Positions 35,180-44,458 of a DNA stretch of 64,000 bases are shown here, one piece after another. Made by a program: the position numbers and the translations under genes. Position 1 is the first letter of the stretch. Each line of letters begins with the position of its first letter. This stretch comes from Steroidobacteraceae bacterium (GTDB lineage: Bacteria > Pseudomonadota > Gammaproteobacteria > Steroidobacterales > Steroidobacteraceae). The notes beneath the pieces were generated by a model. That model saw only the letters and a list, made by a program, of their open reading frames with translations. It was not told the DNA's origin and ran no database searches. The DNA lies in the NCBI GenBank assembly GCA_035482695.1, contig DATHQM010000054.1:460-64459 (forward strand), written 5' to 3'.

Positions 35180-35914
35180 TCACGCCGCGCCGGGCCGCGA
35201 GCTGCCGGCGACAAGTGCCGGCAGCGCGGCGATGCTGTCCACGAAGGCGTCGCAGGCGAGCGTGCGCGGATCGGCGCCCTCGTTGTAGCCGTACGGGACG
35301 CACACCACCGCGATCCCTGCGGCGCGCGCCGCCAGCACGTCGACCTGCGAGTCTCCGACCATCAACGTCTGCGCCGGCAGCACCTGCAGGCGCTCGCACG
35401 CCAGCCACAGCGGCTGCGGGTGCGGCTTACGCTCGCGGCCGTCCTGCGCGCCGACGACCAGCTGAATCCACCGGGTGAGCTCGAGCCTCGCGAGCAGCTC
35501 GACCGCCAGCTGCTGCGTCTTGTTGGTTACCACCCCGAGGCGCAGGCCGAGCGCGCACAGGCCTGACAGGCCCTGCACCACGCCGGGAAAGGGTCGTGCC
35601 GCGAAGGCGTTGTCTTCGTGCAGCCGCTCGTAGTGTGCGTCGTAGCGCTGCTGCAGCCGGGCACGGTCGGCGCGCGCGCCGGCGGCGCCGCAGCGCGCCA
35701 GGGCGCGCTCGATCAGGGTGGGCACGCCGCGCCCGATCAGCCCGCGCACCTCGGCCGGGGCGAGCGGGCCCAGCCGCTGCTCGGCGAGCGCCGCGTTCAG
35801 CGCGGCGGCGATGTCGGCGGCGGTATCGAGCAGCGTGCCGTCCAGGTCGAACAGCACCGCGCGCACCGCGGGCGCGCCCGCCCGCCGCGCCGGCGCCGTG
35901 GGGCCGGCATTCAC
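35180..35914 (-). CDS. gph: phosphoglycolate phosphatase (HAD superfamily)
   Basis: HAD motifs VLFDLDGTLLDT, GVVTNK, KPHPQPL and MVGDSQVDVLAARAAG. Confidence 0.85.
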   Translation of the reverse strand: MNAGPTAPARRAGAPAVRAVLFDLDGTLLDTAADIAAALNAALAEQRLGPLAPAEVRGLIGRGVPTLIERALARCGAAGARADRARLQQRYDAHYERLHEDNAFAARPFPGVVQGLSGLCALGLRLGVVTNKTQQLAVELLARLELTRWIQLVVGAQDGRERKPHPQPLWLACERLQVLPAQTLMVGDSQVDVLAARAAGIAVVCVPYGYNEGADPRTLACDAFVDSIAALPALVAGSSRPGAA

Positions 35915-36039
35915 GTCCGCGGCCCCCTCATGGCCTGTGTGGTCGGCTCATCGGCGAATTGTGCAGCAGGCACGCGCAGCGGAGTACCATTTGCGCACTA
36001 CCGCCGCGCCTGGTGGCGCGGCCGAGCTAAGGATCAGCC

Positions 36040-37149
36040 ATGAAACACGCGACCCGCAGCCTCTACTACAAGACCGTGGCCTGGTGCGCCGCGGCGCTGC
36101 CGATCGTCGCGCTGCTGCTCGCACTGCCGCTTGCGCGGGCGGCCGCGGCCGCTCCGCCCGCCGCCTCCCCGGCGCAGACGCCCGCGCCACAGTTCGGCGG
36201 CCAGTGCGCCGAGGCACTCGCGCAGGGCCAGCACGTCGCGACCAACTGCGCCATCACCTGGACCGACAAGGACGGCAAGCTCTACTGCTTCAGCAGTGCG
36301 GCGGCGAAGAAGTCCTTCCTCGAGGATGCGCAGACGAATCTGCAGAAGGCGCGCGACTTCAGCGCCGCGAGCAACGTCGAGTCGACCGAGCAGGCTATGC
36401 AGTCCTTCGACAGCAACGACGCCGAGGCACTCGTCAAGGGCCTCATCGAGGAGAAAACCAAGGCCAACGGTGGCGTCTTTCCGTACGAGGATCCGCTCAG
36501 CGGAGAGCAGCTGAAACTCAGCTTCGACGGCATCGATTTCACGCGCACCATCGACGGCTACGGGTTCTTCCCCGACGTGAAATTCCACGACGCCGCCGAT
36601 GCGCAGAAGCGCTACCTGATCGATTTCTGGGTGGCGCCCGGCGCCGACGCGAAGCTGAAGGTGCAGGAGATCCGCATCTACAAGGAGTCGGTGAAGAGCG
36701 AGGGCACCTGGGTGCTGACCGCGCGCTCGCCGATACCGTGGTGGTGGATCCCGGCTTCCGAGCATCCGGGCAAGATGGCGGCCAAACGCAGCTGGGAAGT
36801 GATGTCGGCGGTCGAAGGCGGAGCCCTGCGCGCCCAGGCAACGAACAACGGCGTGTTCGAGCTCAAGGACGACAAGACCGGCAAGGTGCTGAAGCTCGAG
36901 TTCGTCGACACGCATCAGCCCATCCGGCAACTCGACGAGAACGGGCACTACTTCGCCTGCACGGACTTTCGCGTCGTCGGCACCAAGGACCAGATCTACG
37001 ATATCGACTTCTGGGTCACCGACAAGGACGGCACCATGACGGTCGAGCAGACCAAAGTGCACAAGGTGCCCGAGCTCAAGGACGGCCAGTGGGTGCAGGT
37101 GCCGCGCTACGAGTGGAAGGACGTCGGCAGCTCGCACGTCGTGCCGTGA
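36040..37149 (+). CDS. exported hypothetical protein: N-terminal YHS-like segment plus an internally duplicated domain
   Basis: AAGGA RBS and a signal peptide. GGQCAEALAQGQHVATNCAITWTDKDGKLYCFSSAAAKKSF resembles secreted YHS-type domains. Two repeats share D..(S/T)G..LKL.F ... Y.IDFWV ... V.E....K. Confidence 0.75.
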   Translation: MKHATRSLYYKTVAWCAAALPIVALLLALPLARAAAAAPPAASPAQTPAPQFGGQCAEALAQGQHVATNCAITWTDKDGKLYCFSSAAAKKSFLEDAQTNLQKARDFSAASNVESTEQAMQSFDSNDAEALVKGLIEEKTKANGGVFPYEDPLSGEQLKLSFDGIDFTRTIDGYGFFPDVKFHDAADAQKRYLIDFWVAPGADAKLKVQEIRIYKESVKSEGTWVLTARSPIPWWWIPASEHPGKMAAKRSWEVMSAVEGGALRAQATNNGVFELKDDKTGKVLKLEFVDTHQPIRQLDENGHYFACTDFRVVGTKDQIYDIDFWVTDKDGTMTVEQTKVHKVPELKDGQWVQVPRYEWKDVGSSHVVP

Positions 37150-37198
37150 GGCCGGCGGCAGGCGCGCGCCGGCGCGACACTGCGCTGAGCCGCGGCCG

Positions 37199-38308
37199 CT
37201 AGCCCGCCGGCACGGCGCGCACGACGCCCCAGGGACTGCCGCCGACCTTCACCCGGGCTTTCACCTCCCCGGTCTTGAGATCGATGATCGACACATCGCC
37301 CGAGGGCCCGTTGGCCGTGTAGGCCGTCTCGCCGTCGGAGCTCAGCGCCACGCCCCAGGGACGCACGCCGACATTGTCGATGGTGCGGACGATCCGGCCG
37401 GATTGCGTGTCGACCTCGAGGAGCTTGCCGAACCTGCCGGTCGTGACATAGAGGTGCCGGCCGCCGTCCGGCGAATCGAGGCCCATGGGGCGCACGACTT
37501 TCGGGTCCCCGAGATCGATGGTCTTCACGACCTTATAGTCGTCGCTGCTGAACTCCGTCAGCGCCGCGCCGAACTCATCGCTCACGTAGCCGCGATGCGT
37601 GTCGCGGGACAGGTAGATCGCGCGCGGGCGCTTCCCGGTAGGGATCTGCGCCAGCACCTTCATGGCGCCGGCCTCGACCACGTAAACCGCGTTGGAGGTC
37701 TCGCAGGCGACGTACACGATGCGGTCGTCCGCACTAATGGCAACGCCCTCCGGCTCGGTACCGACCGGCACAGTGACGCGCAGGCTCCCCTTGGCAAGGT
37801 CGATGGCCGAGAGCTGCCCGCTGTCCTCGTTGGAGACATACAGCACCTTGCCGTCGTGCGACAGCGCGAAGGTCTCCGGGTCGATGCCGCTCGGGTAGGT
37901 GCCGATGAGTCGCTGCGCGGCGAGGTCGATCACCCCGATGCCGTCGTAACGGTGATCGGGCGGCGGGAGCTTCGACTCGTCGACCCCCGGTCCCGCCGCC
38001 GGCGAGCCGGTCAGCGCCACATACAGCCGCTTGCGATCCGGGGAGATGACGATGCCGCGCGGCCGCTTGCCGACCGCGATGCGCGCCACCACCGCCGCCT
38101 GCTGCGGATCGACGATCACGACGTTGCCGCCGGTCTCGTCCGAGACGTACAGCCGCTCGCCGCCGCCCGCCGCGACGGCCGCGCTGAGCGGTGCGAGCAG
38201 CAGCAGCGCCAGCACCGCGGCCGCGGCACCGGAACGCCGGCGCGATGCGTGAGTCTTCAGTAGCGCACCATCAGTACAGCACCACGCTTCGGATCGAGGT
38301 GCCGGCAT
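37199..38308 (-). CDS. YVTN-repeat beta-propeller protein (PQQ-dehydrogenase-associated type)
   Basis: Repeated ..LYV(S/A)...G.V.VID.... units ([99 protein letters not shown]). Overlaps the flhA 3' end by 38 nt if ATG 38308 is used. Confidence 0.8.
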   Translation of the reverse strand: MPAPRSEAWCCTDGALLKTHASRRRSGAAAAVLALLLLAPLSAAVAAGGGERLYVSDETGGNVVIVDPQQAAVVARIAVGKRPRGIVISPDRKRLYVALTGSPAAGPGVDESKLPPPDHRYDGIGVIDLAAQRLIGTYPSGIDPETFALSHDGKVLYVSNEDSGQLSAIDLAKGSLRVTVPVGTEPEGVAISADDRIVYVACETSNAVYVVEAGAMKVLAQIPTGKRPRAIYLSRDTHRGYVSDEFGAALTEFSSDDYKVVKTIDLGDPKVVRPMGLDSPDGGRHLYVTTGRFGKLLEVDTQSGRIVRTIDNVGVRPWGVALSSDGETAYTANGPSGDVSIIDLKTGEVKARVKVGGSPWGVVRAVPAG

Positions 38309-39380
38309 GCATCAGGTCGAACGCGTCGTTGATCTTATCCAGCGGCATGGTGTGCGTGATCAGCGGATCGATCGCGATCTTCTTGTCCATGTACCAGTCG
38401 ACGATCTTCGGTACGTCGGTGCGGCCACGCGCGCCGCCGAAAGCGGTGCCCTTCCATACCCTGCCCGTCACCAGCTGGAACGGCCGGGTCTTGATTTCCT
38501 GGCCCGCGCCGGCCACGCCGATGATCACCGATACGCCCCAGCCGCGATGGCAGCACTCGAGTGCCTGGCGCATGAGGTTGACGTTGCCCACACATTCGAA
38601 GCTGTAGTCGGCGCCGCCGTCGGTGACGGCGACGAGGTGCGCCACCAGGTCGCCCTCAACCTCCTTGGGGTTGACGAAGTGCGTCATGCCGAATTTCTCG
38701 GCGAGCGCCTTGCGATTCGGATTGAGATCGACGCCGACGATCTTGTAGGCGCCGGCCATGCGGGCGCCCTGGATCACGTTCAGCCCGATGCCGCCGAGAC
38801 CAAACACCACCACGTTGGCGCCCGGCTCGACCTTCGCGGTGTTGATCACCGCGCCGATCCCGGTGGTCACGCCGCAGCCGATGTAGCAGACCTTGTCGAA
38901 CGGCGCGTCCTCGCGGATCTTCGCCACCGCGATCTCCGGCAGCACCGTGAAGTTGGAGAAGGTCGAACAACCCATGTAGTGGTAGATCTTGTCCTTGCCG
39001 ATCGAGAAGCGGCTGGTGCCATCGGGCATCACGCCTTTGCCCTGGGTGGCGCGGATCGCGGTGCACAGGTTGGTCTTGCGCGACAGGCAGCTCTTGCACT
39101 GCCGGCACTCCGGCGTGTAGAGCGGGATCACGTGGTCGCCCTTCTTCACGGAAGTGACGCCAGGTCCTACGTCGACGACGATGCCCGCCCCCTCGTGTCC
39201 GAGAATCGACGGGAACAGGCCTTCCGGGTCACCGCCCGAACGGGTGAACTCGTCCGTGTGGCAGACGCCGGTGGCCTTGAGCTCCACCAGCACCTCGCCG
39301 GCCTTGGGGCCTTCCAGATCGACCGTCGCGATCTCGAGGGGCTTGCCGGCGGCATAGGCAATCGCAGCGCGTGTTTTCAT
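38271..39380 (-). CDS. flhA: S-(hydroxymethyl)glutathione dehydrogenase / class III alcohol dehydrogenase
   Basis: [49 protein letters not shown]...[10 protein letters not shown] and the rest are near-canonical class III ADH sequence. AGGAAC RBS. Confidence 0.93.
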   Translation of the reverse strand: MKTRAAIAYAAGKPLEIATVDLEGPKAGEVLVELKATGVCHTDEFTRSGGDPEGLFPSILGHEGAGIVVDVGPGVTSVKKGDHVIPLYTPECRQCKSCLSRKTNLCTAIRATQGKGVMPDGTSRFSIGKDKIYHYMGCSTFSNFTVLPEIAVAKIREDAPFDKVCYIGCGVTTGIGAVINTAKVEPGANVVVFGLGGIGLNVIQGARMAGAYKIVGVDLNPNRKALAEKFGMTHFVNPKEVEGDLVAHLVAVTDGGADYSFECVGNVNLMRQALECCHRGWGVSVIIGVAGAGQEIKTRPFQLVTGRVWKGTAFGGARGRTDVPKIVDWYMDKKIAIDPLITHTMPLDKINDAFDLMHAGTSIRSVVLY

Positions 39381-39427
39381 GGCTGACAGGTTCCTGATTC
39401 GGAAGCGGTTACGAGTCCGAAGCTGAG

Positions 39428-39455
39428 GGCCCCGCGCGAGCGGGCGCGCGGGGCC
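39428..39455 (-). other. strong intercistronic stem-loop between gfa and flhA
   Basis: GGCCCCGCGCG-(6 nt)-CGCGCGGGGCC, a perfect 11-bp GC stem in the 92-nt gfa-flhA spacer. No U tract follows. Confidence 0.5.
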
Positions 39456-39472
39456 TTCAATGCACGCTGAAC

Positions 39473-40045
39473 TTACGCGGCCAGCACGCCCTTGGCTTTC
39501 GCCGTGTGCGTGGCGATCAGATCCATCAGCGCCGGCGACAGGCAGTCATAGGGCTCGAGGCCGAGCTCTTTCAACCTGGCGCGCACCGCGCCCATCTGGT
39601 CGGGCTTGGTGCCCGACTCGATGATCGAGGATACGAACGCCGCGAAGCGCGGCTCCTCCCAACCCTGCTCCTTCGACAGCTCGGTATGGAAGAAGTCGAA
39701 GCCGTAGAACGGGTGCTGCTTGTTCTCGATGCGCCCGTACATGTGCACGCCGCAGCCGGTGCAGGCATGGCGCTGGATCGCCGCCTTCTCATCGACGATC
39801 TTCAGCTTGTTGCCGTTCGCGGTCACGGACAGCTTGTCGCGCCCGCCCACGCCGACGATGGAGAACACCGCTCCCTCCGGCTTCCAGCACTTGGTGCAGC
39901 CGCAGGCGTGATTGAAGGCGACGTTCGTGCCGATGCGCACGGTCACCGGGTTGCTGGTGCACTTGCAGGTGAGCGTGCCGCCGGCGAACCCCGGCGTGCC
40001 CTTCTTGACTCCGTTGTCGACCATCGGGTGAATCTTGATTGCCAT
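39473..40045 (-). CDS. gfa: S-(hydroxymethyl)glutathione synthase (glutathione-dependent formaldehyde-activating enzyme)
   Basis: [26 protein letters not shown]...[15 protein letters not shown]...[17 protein letters not shown]...FVSSIIESG matches Paracoccus Gfa, as I recall it, almost residue for residue. Confidence 0.93.
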   Translation of the reverse strand: MAIKIHPMVDNGVKKGTPGFAGGTLTCKCTSNPVTVRIGTNVAFNHACGCTKCWKPEGAVFSIVGVGGRDKLSVTANGNKLKIVDEKAAIQRHACTGCGVHMYGRIENKQHPFYGFDFFHTELSKEQGWEEPRFAAFVSSIIESGTKPDQMGAVRARLKELGLEPYDCLSPALMDLIATHTAKAKGVLAA

Positions 40046-40082
40046 CTTAGTCCTGCCTCGCCTCTGGGGTGGATCGATTGAC

Positions 40083-42071
40083 TCATTCGGGCGACTGCGG
40101 ACTCACCCCGAGGTGCTGGGTGTGTCGCAGAAGTCCGTGTCGGTGAATCTTGCGGTAAATGGTGCGGCGGCTGATGTGCAGCCGCGCGGCGGCAGCGCTG
40201 ACGTTCCACTGACAGGTCTCGAGCGTGCGCCTGAGCGCATCGCGCTCGGCGCCGCTGAGCGCGCTCTCGCCGTCGGCGGCCGCGTCCACCGCCGCGCCGT
40301 CGCCGTGCGCTGCGTCCTCGACGCCGCCCGCCAGCCACTGCTCCCTGAAGTCCGCGAGCGTCAGCCGCTCGCCGCTGCGCAGCGCCAGCATGGTGCGCAG
40401 CACGTTGCGCAGCTGGCGCACGTTGCCCGGCCAGGAGTGGCGCACCAGCCGCTCGAGCAGCTGGGGCTCGATCTCGATCGTGGCAACGCACTCGCTCGCG
40501 AGCAGCTTGCGGATCAGGCCGGCCTTGTCGGTGCGCTGGCGCAGCGGCGGCAGCCGCACGGTGATGCCGTTCAGCCGGTAATACAGGTCTTCGCGGAACT
40601 GCCCCTTGGCGATCATGTCGAGCGGATCGTGTTGCGTGGCGCTGACGATGCGCACGTCGACGTTGACCACCTTGTTGCCGCCCAGCGGCGTCACTTCGCG
40701 GTCCTCGATCACGTTCAGCAACCGCGCCTGCAGGGCCACCGGCATGTCGCCGATCTCGTCGAGAAACAGCGTGCCGCCGTTGGCCTGCAGGATGCGGCCC
40801 ATACCGCCTTCGCGCGCCGCGCCGGTGAAGGCGCCCGGCTTGTGGCCGAACAGCTCGCTCTCGATGAGCGTTTCGGGGATCGCCGCGCAGTTGACCGTGA
40901 CGAAGGGCTTGTCGGCGCGGTTGCTCGCGTAATGGATGGCGCGCGCGCAGTAACCCTTGCCGGTGCCGGTCTCCCCGAGCAGCAGCACCGAGATATCCCG
41001 ATCGATCACGCGCCGCAGCGTCTCGACGTTCTGCGTCATGACTGGATCGGCCGAGTGCAGGCAGTCGAGCGACCCGCGCGCGCCCGCCGCGTTGGCCATG
41101 CGCACCTCGGCGTCGACCGCCACCTGGGTGCGTGGCGGGGCTTCCAGCGGCGCCTGCACGGTCGCGAACCAGCGCCGTGCCGCGGGCCGGGAGTTGAGCG
41201 GCTCGGCGCGGAAGCCGCGCTGCGCGGCGAGCTGCATGAGCGTGGCGAGGCTGGTATCGAGGATACGGTCGGCGCGCTGGCCGCACACCGCATCATGGTC
41301 GCGCTGCCCGAGGAGCTTGAGCGCCGCACGGTTGACGCCGCGCACCACGCCCTCGTCGTCGAACGCCAGCAGGCCTTCGCCGGGCGTGCTGACGAACTCC
41401 GCGCAGCGGTGAAAGCGCGCCAGGTGCAGGTCCTTGCAGCCACTGAGCAGCGTGCGGTTCTCGACGTTCTGCGCCGCCATGTCGACCAGCGCCAGCGTGT
41501 GACTCTGCGGATTCGAGGAGGCCCCGGAGATATCGAGCGCCGCGAGCAGCTCGCCGCGCATGTCGAAGATGGGCGCTGCCGAACAGGTGAGCGCGGTGTT
41601 CTGCGCCAGGAAGTGGTCGGTACGGTGGATCACCACCGGGCGGCGCGCCGTGAGGCAGGTGCCCATGCCATTGGTGCCCATCTCGCGCTCGCTCCACATC
41701 ACCCCTTCGCGAAAGCCGCAGCGCCTGGCGGTGGCGGAGAAGCCGGTGTCGCCGAGATAGCTGAGGATGACCCCGTCGCGGTCGGTCAGCATGATGCTGT
41801 ATTCGGAGTGCTTGATGAGCTTGCCGAGCTGCTCCATCTCGATGCGCGCGACGGCCAGCAGCACCCGCAGCCGTTCGCGCCGCTCCTGCAGGTCCGCGCG
41901 CTCGACGCTGTTCGGACGGCGCGTCTCCTGCGGATCGAGCGCAAAGTTGTTGAGGCAGCGGCTCCAGGATGTACGGACGACCTCGGGGATGGGCTGCTCG
42001 GCACCGTGTCGGCGTACCAGACTGCCGATGAGGTCCTGGTGAGTATGAGCAGCGGGTCGCGCACGCATCAT
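40083..42071 (-). CDS. sigma54-dependent transcriptional activator (AcoR-like: N-terminal GAF-type sensor, AAA+ domain, Fis-type HTH)
   Basis: Walker A GETGTGKG, the sigma54-contact motif GAFTGA ([10 protein letters not shown]), ESELFGH, and C-terminal [21 protein letters not shown] 42071 has a GGAGGGGGAG RBS. Confidence 0.9.
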   Translation of the reverse strand: MMRARPAAHTHQDLIGSLVRRHGAEQPIPEVVRTSWSRCLNNFALDPQETRRPNSVERADLQERRERLRVLLAVARIEMEQLGKLIKHSEYSIMLTDRDGVILSYLGDTGFSATARRCGFREGVMWSEREMGTNGMGTCLTARRPVVIHRTDHFLAQNTALTCSAAPIFDMRGELLAALDISGASSNPQSHTLALVDMAAQNVENRTLLSGCKDLHLARFHRCAEFVSTPGEGLLAFDDEGVVRGVNRAALKLLGQRDHDAVCGQRADRILDTSLATLMQLAAQRGFRAEPLNSRPAARRWFATVQAPLEAPPRTQVAVDAEVRMANAAGARGSLDCLHSADPVMTQNVETLRRVIDRDISVLLLGETGTGKGYCARAIHYASNRADKPFVTVNCAAIPETLIESELFGHKPGAFTGAAREGGMGRILQANGGTLFLDEIGDMPVALQARLLNVIEDREVTPLGGNKVVNVDVRIVSATQHDPLDMIAKGQFREDLYYRLNGITVRLPPLRQRTDKAGLIRKLLASECVATIEIEPQLLERLVRHSWPGNVRQLRNVLRTMLALRSGERLTLADFREQWLAGGVEDAAHGDGAAVDAAADGESALSGAERDALRRTLETCQWNVSAAAARLHISRRTIYRKIHRHGLLRHTQHLGVSPQSPE

Positions 42072-42107
42072 AAATAGCTCCCCCTCCACACCCGTCAGGC
42101 GGACGGA

Positions 42108-42656
42108 CTAACCCTCAGGCTTACAGCCGAATTTACAGTCGGGCGAGCCATGGTAGTTCGACCGTACCCAGGCAAGGATGCGCCACAAATCGTCGGCCGT
42201 CTGCACCACCTGCCCCATCTGCGGCATCGGTCCGACGACGTTCTCCTGGGCAATGCGGCTGTAGCCCTTGCTCTGCAGAGTCTGGCTCCCGTAGGTCACC
42301 AGCCGGAACAGCGTGTCGTCATCGCCGCCGTAGACCCAGACGTCGTTAGTGAGCGGCGGGCACATCCCGCCGCCGCCGGTGCCGCCGTGGCAACCGTTGC
42401 AGCCGTAGCTGAAGTACAGCTTGCCGCCGGCCGTCACGACCGCCTGGTCAGTGTCCGCGTACGGGTTCTTGAGCGTGCCCTTGGGCGCGGCATCAGCCAC
42501 CTGGATGGGAGTCTGGCTGGCGGCCTTGGCGGGCGCCGCTGCGGGCGCTGCAGCCGGCGCTGCAGCCTGTGCGGCAGCGGCCGGCGGCTGGCGGGCGTAG
42601 ATCAGCAACGCCGCCAGCGCCAATGTAACCAACACCGTGACTGCACTCTTCCGCAC
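42108..42656 (-). CDS. periplasmic c-type cytochrome of the methanol/ethanol-dehydrogenase-associated type (XoxG/c550-like)
   Basis: Single haem site within FSYGCNGCHGGTGGGGMCPPL plus a distal GPMPQM. Signal peptide follows GTG 42656 (GAAAGG RBS). The track's ATG 42725 would overlap the upstream gene by 29 nt. Confidence 0.8.
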   Translation of the reverse strand: MRKSAVTVLVTLALAALLIYARQPPAAAAQAAAPAAAPAAAPAKAASQTPIQVADAAPKGTLKNPYADTDQAVVTAGGKLYFSYGCNGCHGGTGGGGMCPPLTNDVWVYGGDDDTLFRLVTYGSQTLQSKGYSRIAQENVVGPMPQMGQVVQTADDLWRILAWVRSNYHGSPDCKFGCKPEG

Positions 42657-42696
42657 TTGCGCGCCTTTCGTTGCCTCGAGGAACGGGACTGGCGTT

Positions 42697-44316
42697 CTAC
42701 GCTCCGGGATGTGCGCCAGATTCATCCAGCAGCTTGATCACCTTCTGATCGCCCTTGGCGCGCGCGATGGACAGCGCGGTGTCGCCGCGCTCGGTCTGCG
42801 CGTTGACGTTGGCGCCGGCATGCATCAGCAGCTCCACCATCTCCGCGCGGCCGTTGGCGGCGGCGATCATCAGCGCGGTGACTCCGCCGCTGTTGTGCGC
42901 GTTGACGTCCGCGCCCTTGCCCAGCAGCGCCCGGGCGAGGCCCTGCGCGTCGTTGGCGCTCGCCAGCATCAGCGGGGTGTAGCCCGCCTCACCGATCGCA
43001 CGGTTGGGATCAGCCCCGACCGCGACCAGCGCCAGCGCTGCCTCGTCCTTGCCGTACTGCGTGGCGATGCCGAGGGGCGTGAAATTCTGCCGGCTCACTG
43101 CATTCGGGTCCCCGCCCTTCGCCGCGAGCGTCTTGATGTCCGGCGCATCATTGCAATAGGCCGCGGTCATGAGCGGCGTCCAGCCGTCGCTGTCGCGCTG
43201 ATTGACGTCGGCGCCGTGCGCCAGCAGGAACGCGACCATCTCGGGTGAGCGCTGAATGAGCGCGTGATGCAGCGGCGTCTCGCCCTGCAGGTCCTGTGCC
43301 GTCACCGGCACGTGCACCTTGTCGAGCAGGTACGCGACGCGCACCTGGTCGTCGGCCACCACCGCATTGTTGAGCTCAATCTTCGGGTCCGCGCCGTGCT
43401 TCAGCCAGCCCTGCAGTTGCGCGATGCTCACCGGCGCGGCGCGCGCCTTCACCGGCGCCTGCGGCGCTCGCTCAACGTACGCTGCGTGCGCGGGCAGCTC
43501 GCCGCTGATCAGGCAGGTGTCGCACTGCACGAGCGGCACGCCGTAGTCGTTCAGGATCGCGTGCAGCGCGTCGCGCGACTGCTGCATCGCCTGCTCGAGG
43601 CGCTGCCGCAGCTCGTGATCGCTGCGCCGCACGGCGATCGCCATGTCGTACTGCAGCGGCACGGTATCGTCCATGAGGTTGGCCGCCTGCAGGTTGAGCG
43701 GCTCGCGCTTCATCGTTTTGTAGTAGCCGGCGAGCGGTCCCCACACGGCGGCGACGTCCAGATTGCCGTCGGCCACCTGCTGCACCTGGTAGCTCGGCTG
43801 GTCCGCCGGCACCAGGTCGGCGTCGTGACTCAGATAATGAATCTCCACCTTGCCGATACCGTGCTCGACGAGCGCCTCACGGATCGCGGAAGTCTCGTAG
43901 ACGCCGACCTTGAGCGTGCGCAGGCGCGGATCGTCCAGGGTCCTGATGTTCAGGTTGCGATCGCTGCGCGTTACCAGCACGTAGGTCGTGCGGTACAGCG
44001 CGCTGGTCGTGAGCACGTCCTCGGCGCCCAGCGGCATGTCGAGCATCACGTCGCACTGCTCGGCATCGAGCGTATTGCGTATCAGTCCGCGCTCAACCCC
44101 GGGCCGGTAGTAATACTCGACGGTGGTGTTGAGCGCGCGCGCCAGCACCTCCGCCATCTTGTTCTCGATGCCTTCGCCCTTGTTGTTGGACAGCGGCATG
44201 TTGCCCGGATCCGCGCATACGCGCAGCGCCGCCTCGGCCGGTGCGGCCAGCAGCGTGACCAATCCTGTGGCCAGCAACACGTTCAGTGCCGGCCGGGCTC
44301 GCATCCACCTCGTCAT
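42697..44316 (-). CDS. MoxJ/XoxJ-like periplasmic binding protein fused to C-terminal ankyrin repeats
   Basis: Signal peptide. LRVCADPGNMPLSNNKGEGIENKMAEVLA...CDVMLDMP matches the quinoprotein-dehydrogenase-associated SBP family. The C-terminal ~240 aa hold 6-7 ankyrin repeats (GETPLHHAL, DGWTPLMTAA, GYTPLMLAS, GVTALMIAAANGRAEMVELLMHAGANVNA, GDTALSIARAKG). Confidence 0.85.
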   Translation of the reverse strand: MTRWMRARPALNVLLATGLVTLLAAPAEAALRVCADPGNMPLSNNKGEGIENKMAEVLARALNTTVEYYYRPGVERGLIRNTLDAEQCDVMLDMPLGAEDVLTTSALYRTTYVLVTRSDRNLNIRTLDDPRLRTLKVGVYETSAIREALVEHGIGKVEIHYLSHDADLVPADQPSYQVQQVADGNLDVAAVWGPLAGYYKTMKREPLNLQAANLMDDTVPLQYDMAIAVRRSDHELRQRLEQAMQQSRDALHAILNDYGVPLVQCDTCLISGELPAHAAYVERAPQAPVKARAAPVSIAQLQGWLKHGADPKIELNNAVVADDQVRVAYLLDKVHVPVTAQDLQGETPLHHALIQRSPEMVAFLLAHGADVNQRDSDGWTPLMTAAYCNDAPDIKTLAAKGGDPNAVSRQNFTPLGIATQYGKDEAALALVAVGADPNRAIGEAGYTPLMLASANDAQGLARALLGKGADVNAHNSGGVTALMIAAANGRAEMVELLMHAGANVNAQTERGDTALSIARAKGDQKVIKLLDESGAHPGA

Positions 44317-44458
44317 TTTCTGCCTGCAGCTCCTCGCTCCATGCGGTGCCTTAGCTCCTTGCGGTGCTCTTCCCCTGAAGAAGAGGACGCGCCCGGCACG
44401 GTGCCGGGCGCGTCCAGCTGGCGACTATCTCACCAGGTCCTTGCTGAGGAGCATCCTC

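Noticed and set aside
33717-35408. 563-aa minus-strand ORF opposite the Cyc2-like and c4 genes
   Set aside because: Arg/Ala/Gly-rich with no motifs. The + strand products have a signal peptide, haem motifs and an RBS.
35981-35994. weak sigma54-like element GGAGTACCATTTGC upstream of the 36040 gene
   Set aside because: The spacing is correct and the -12 TTGC is present, but the -24 box (CGGAGT) retains only the GG. Too weak to call without experimental data.
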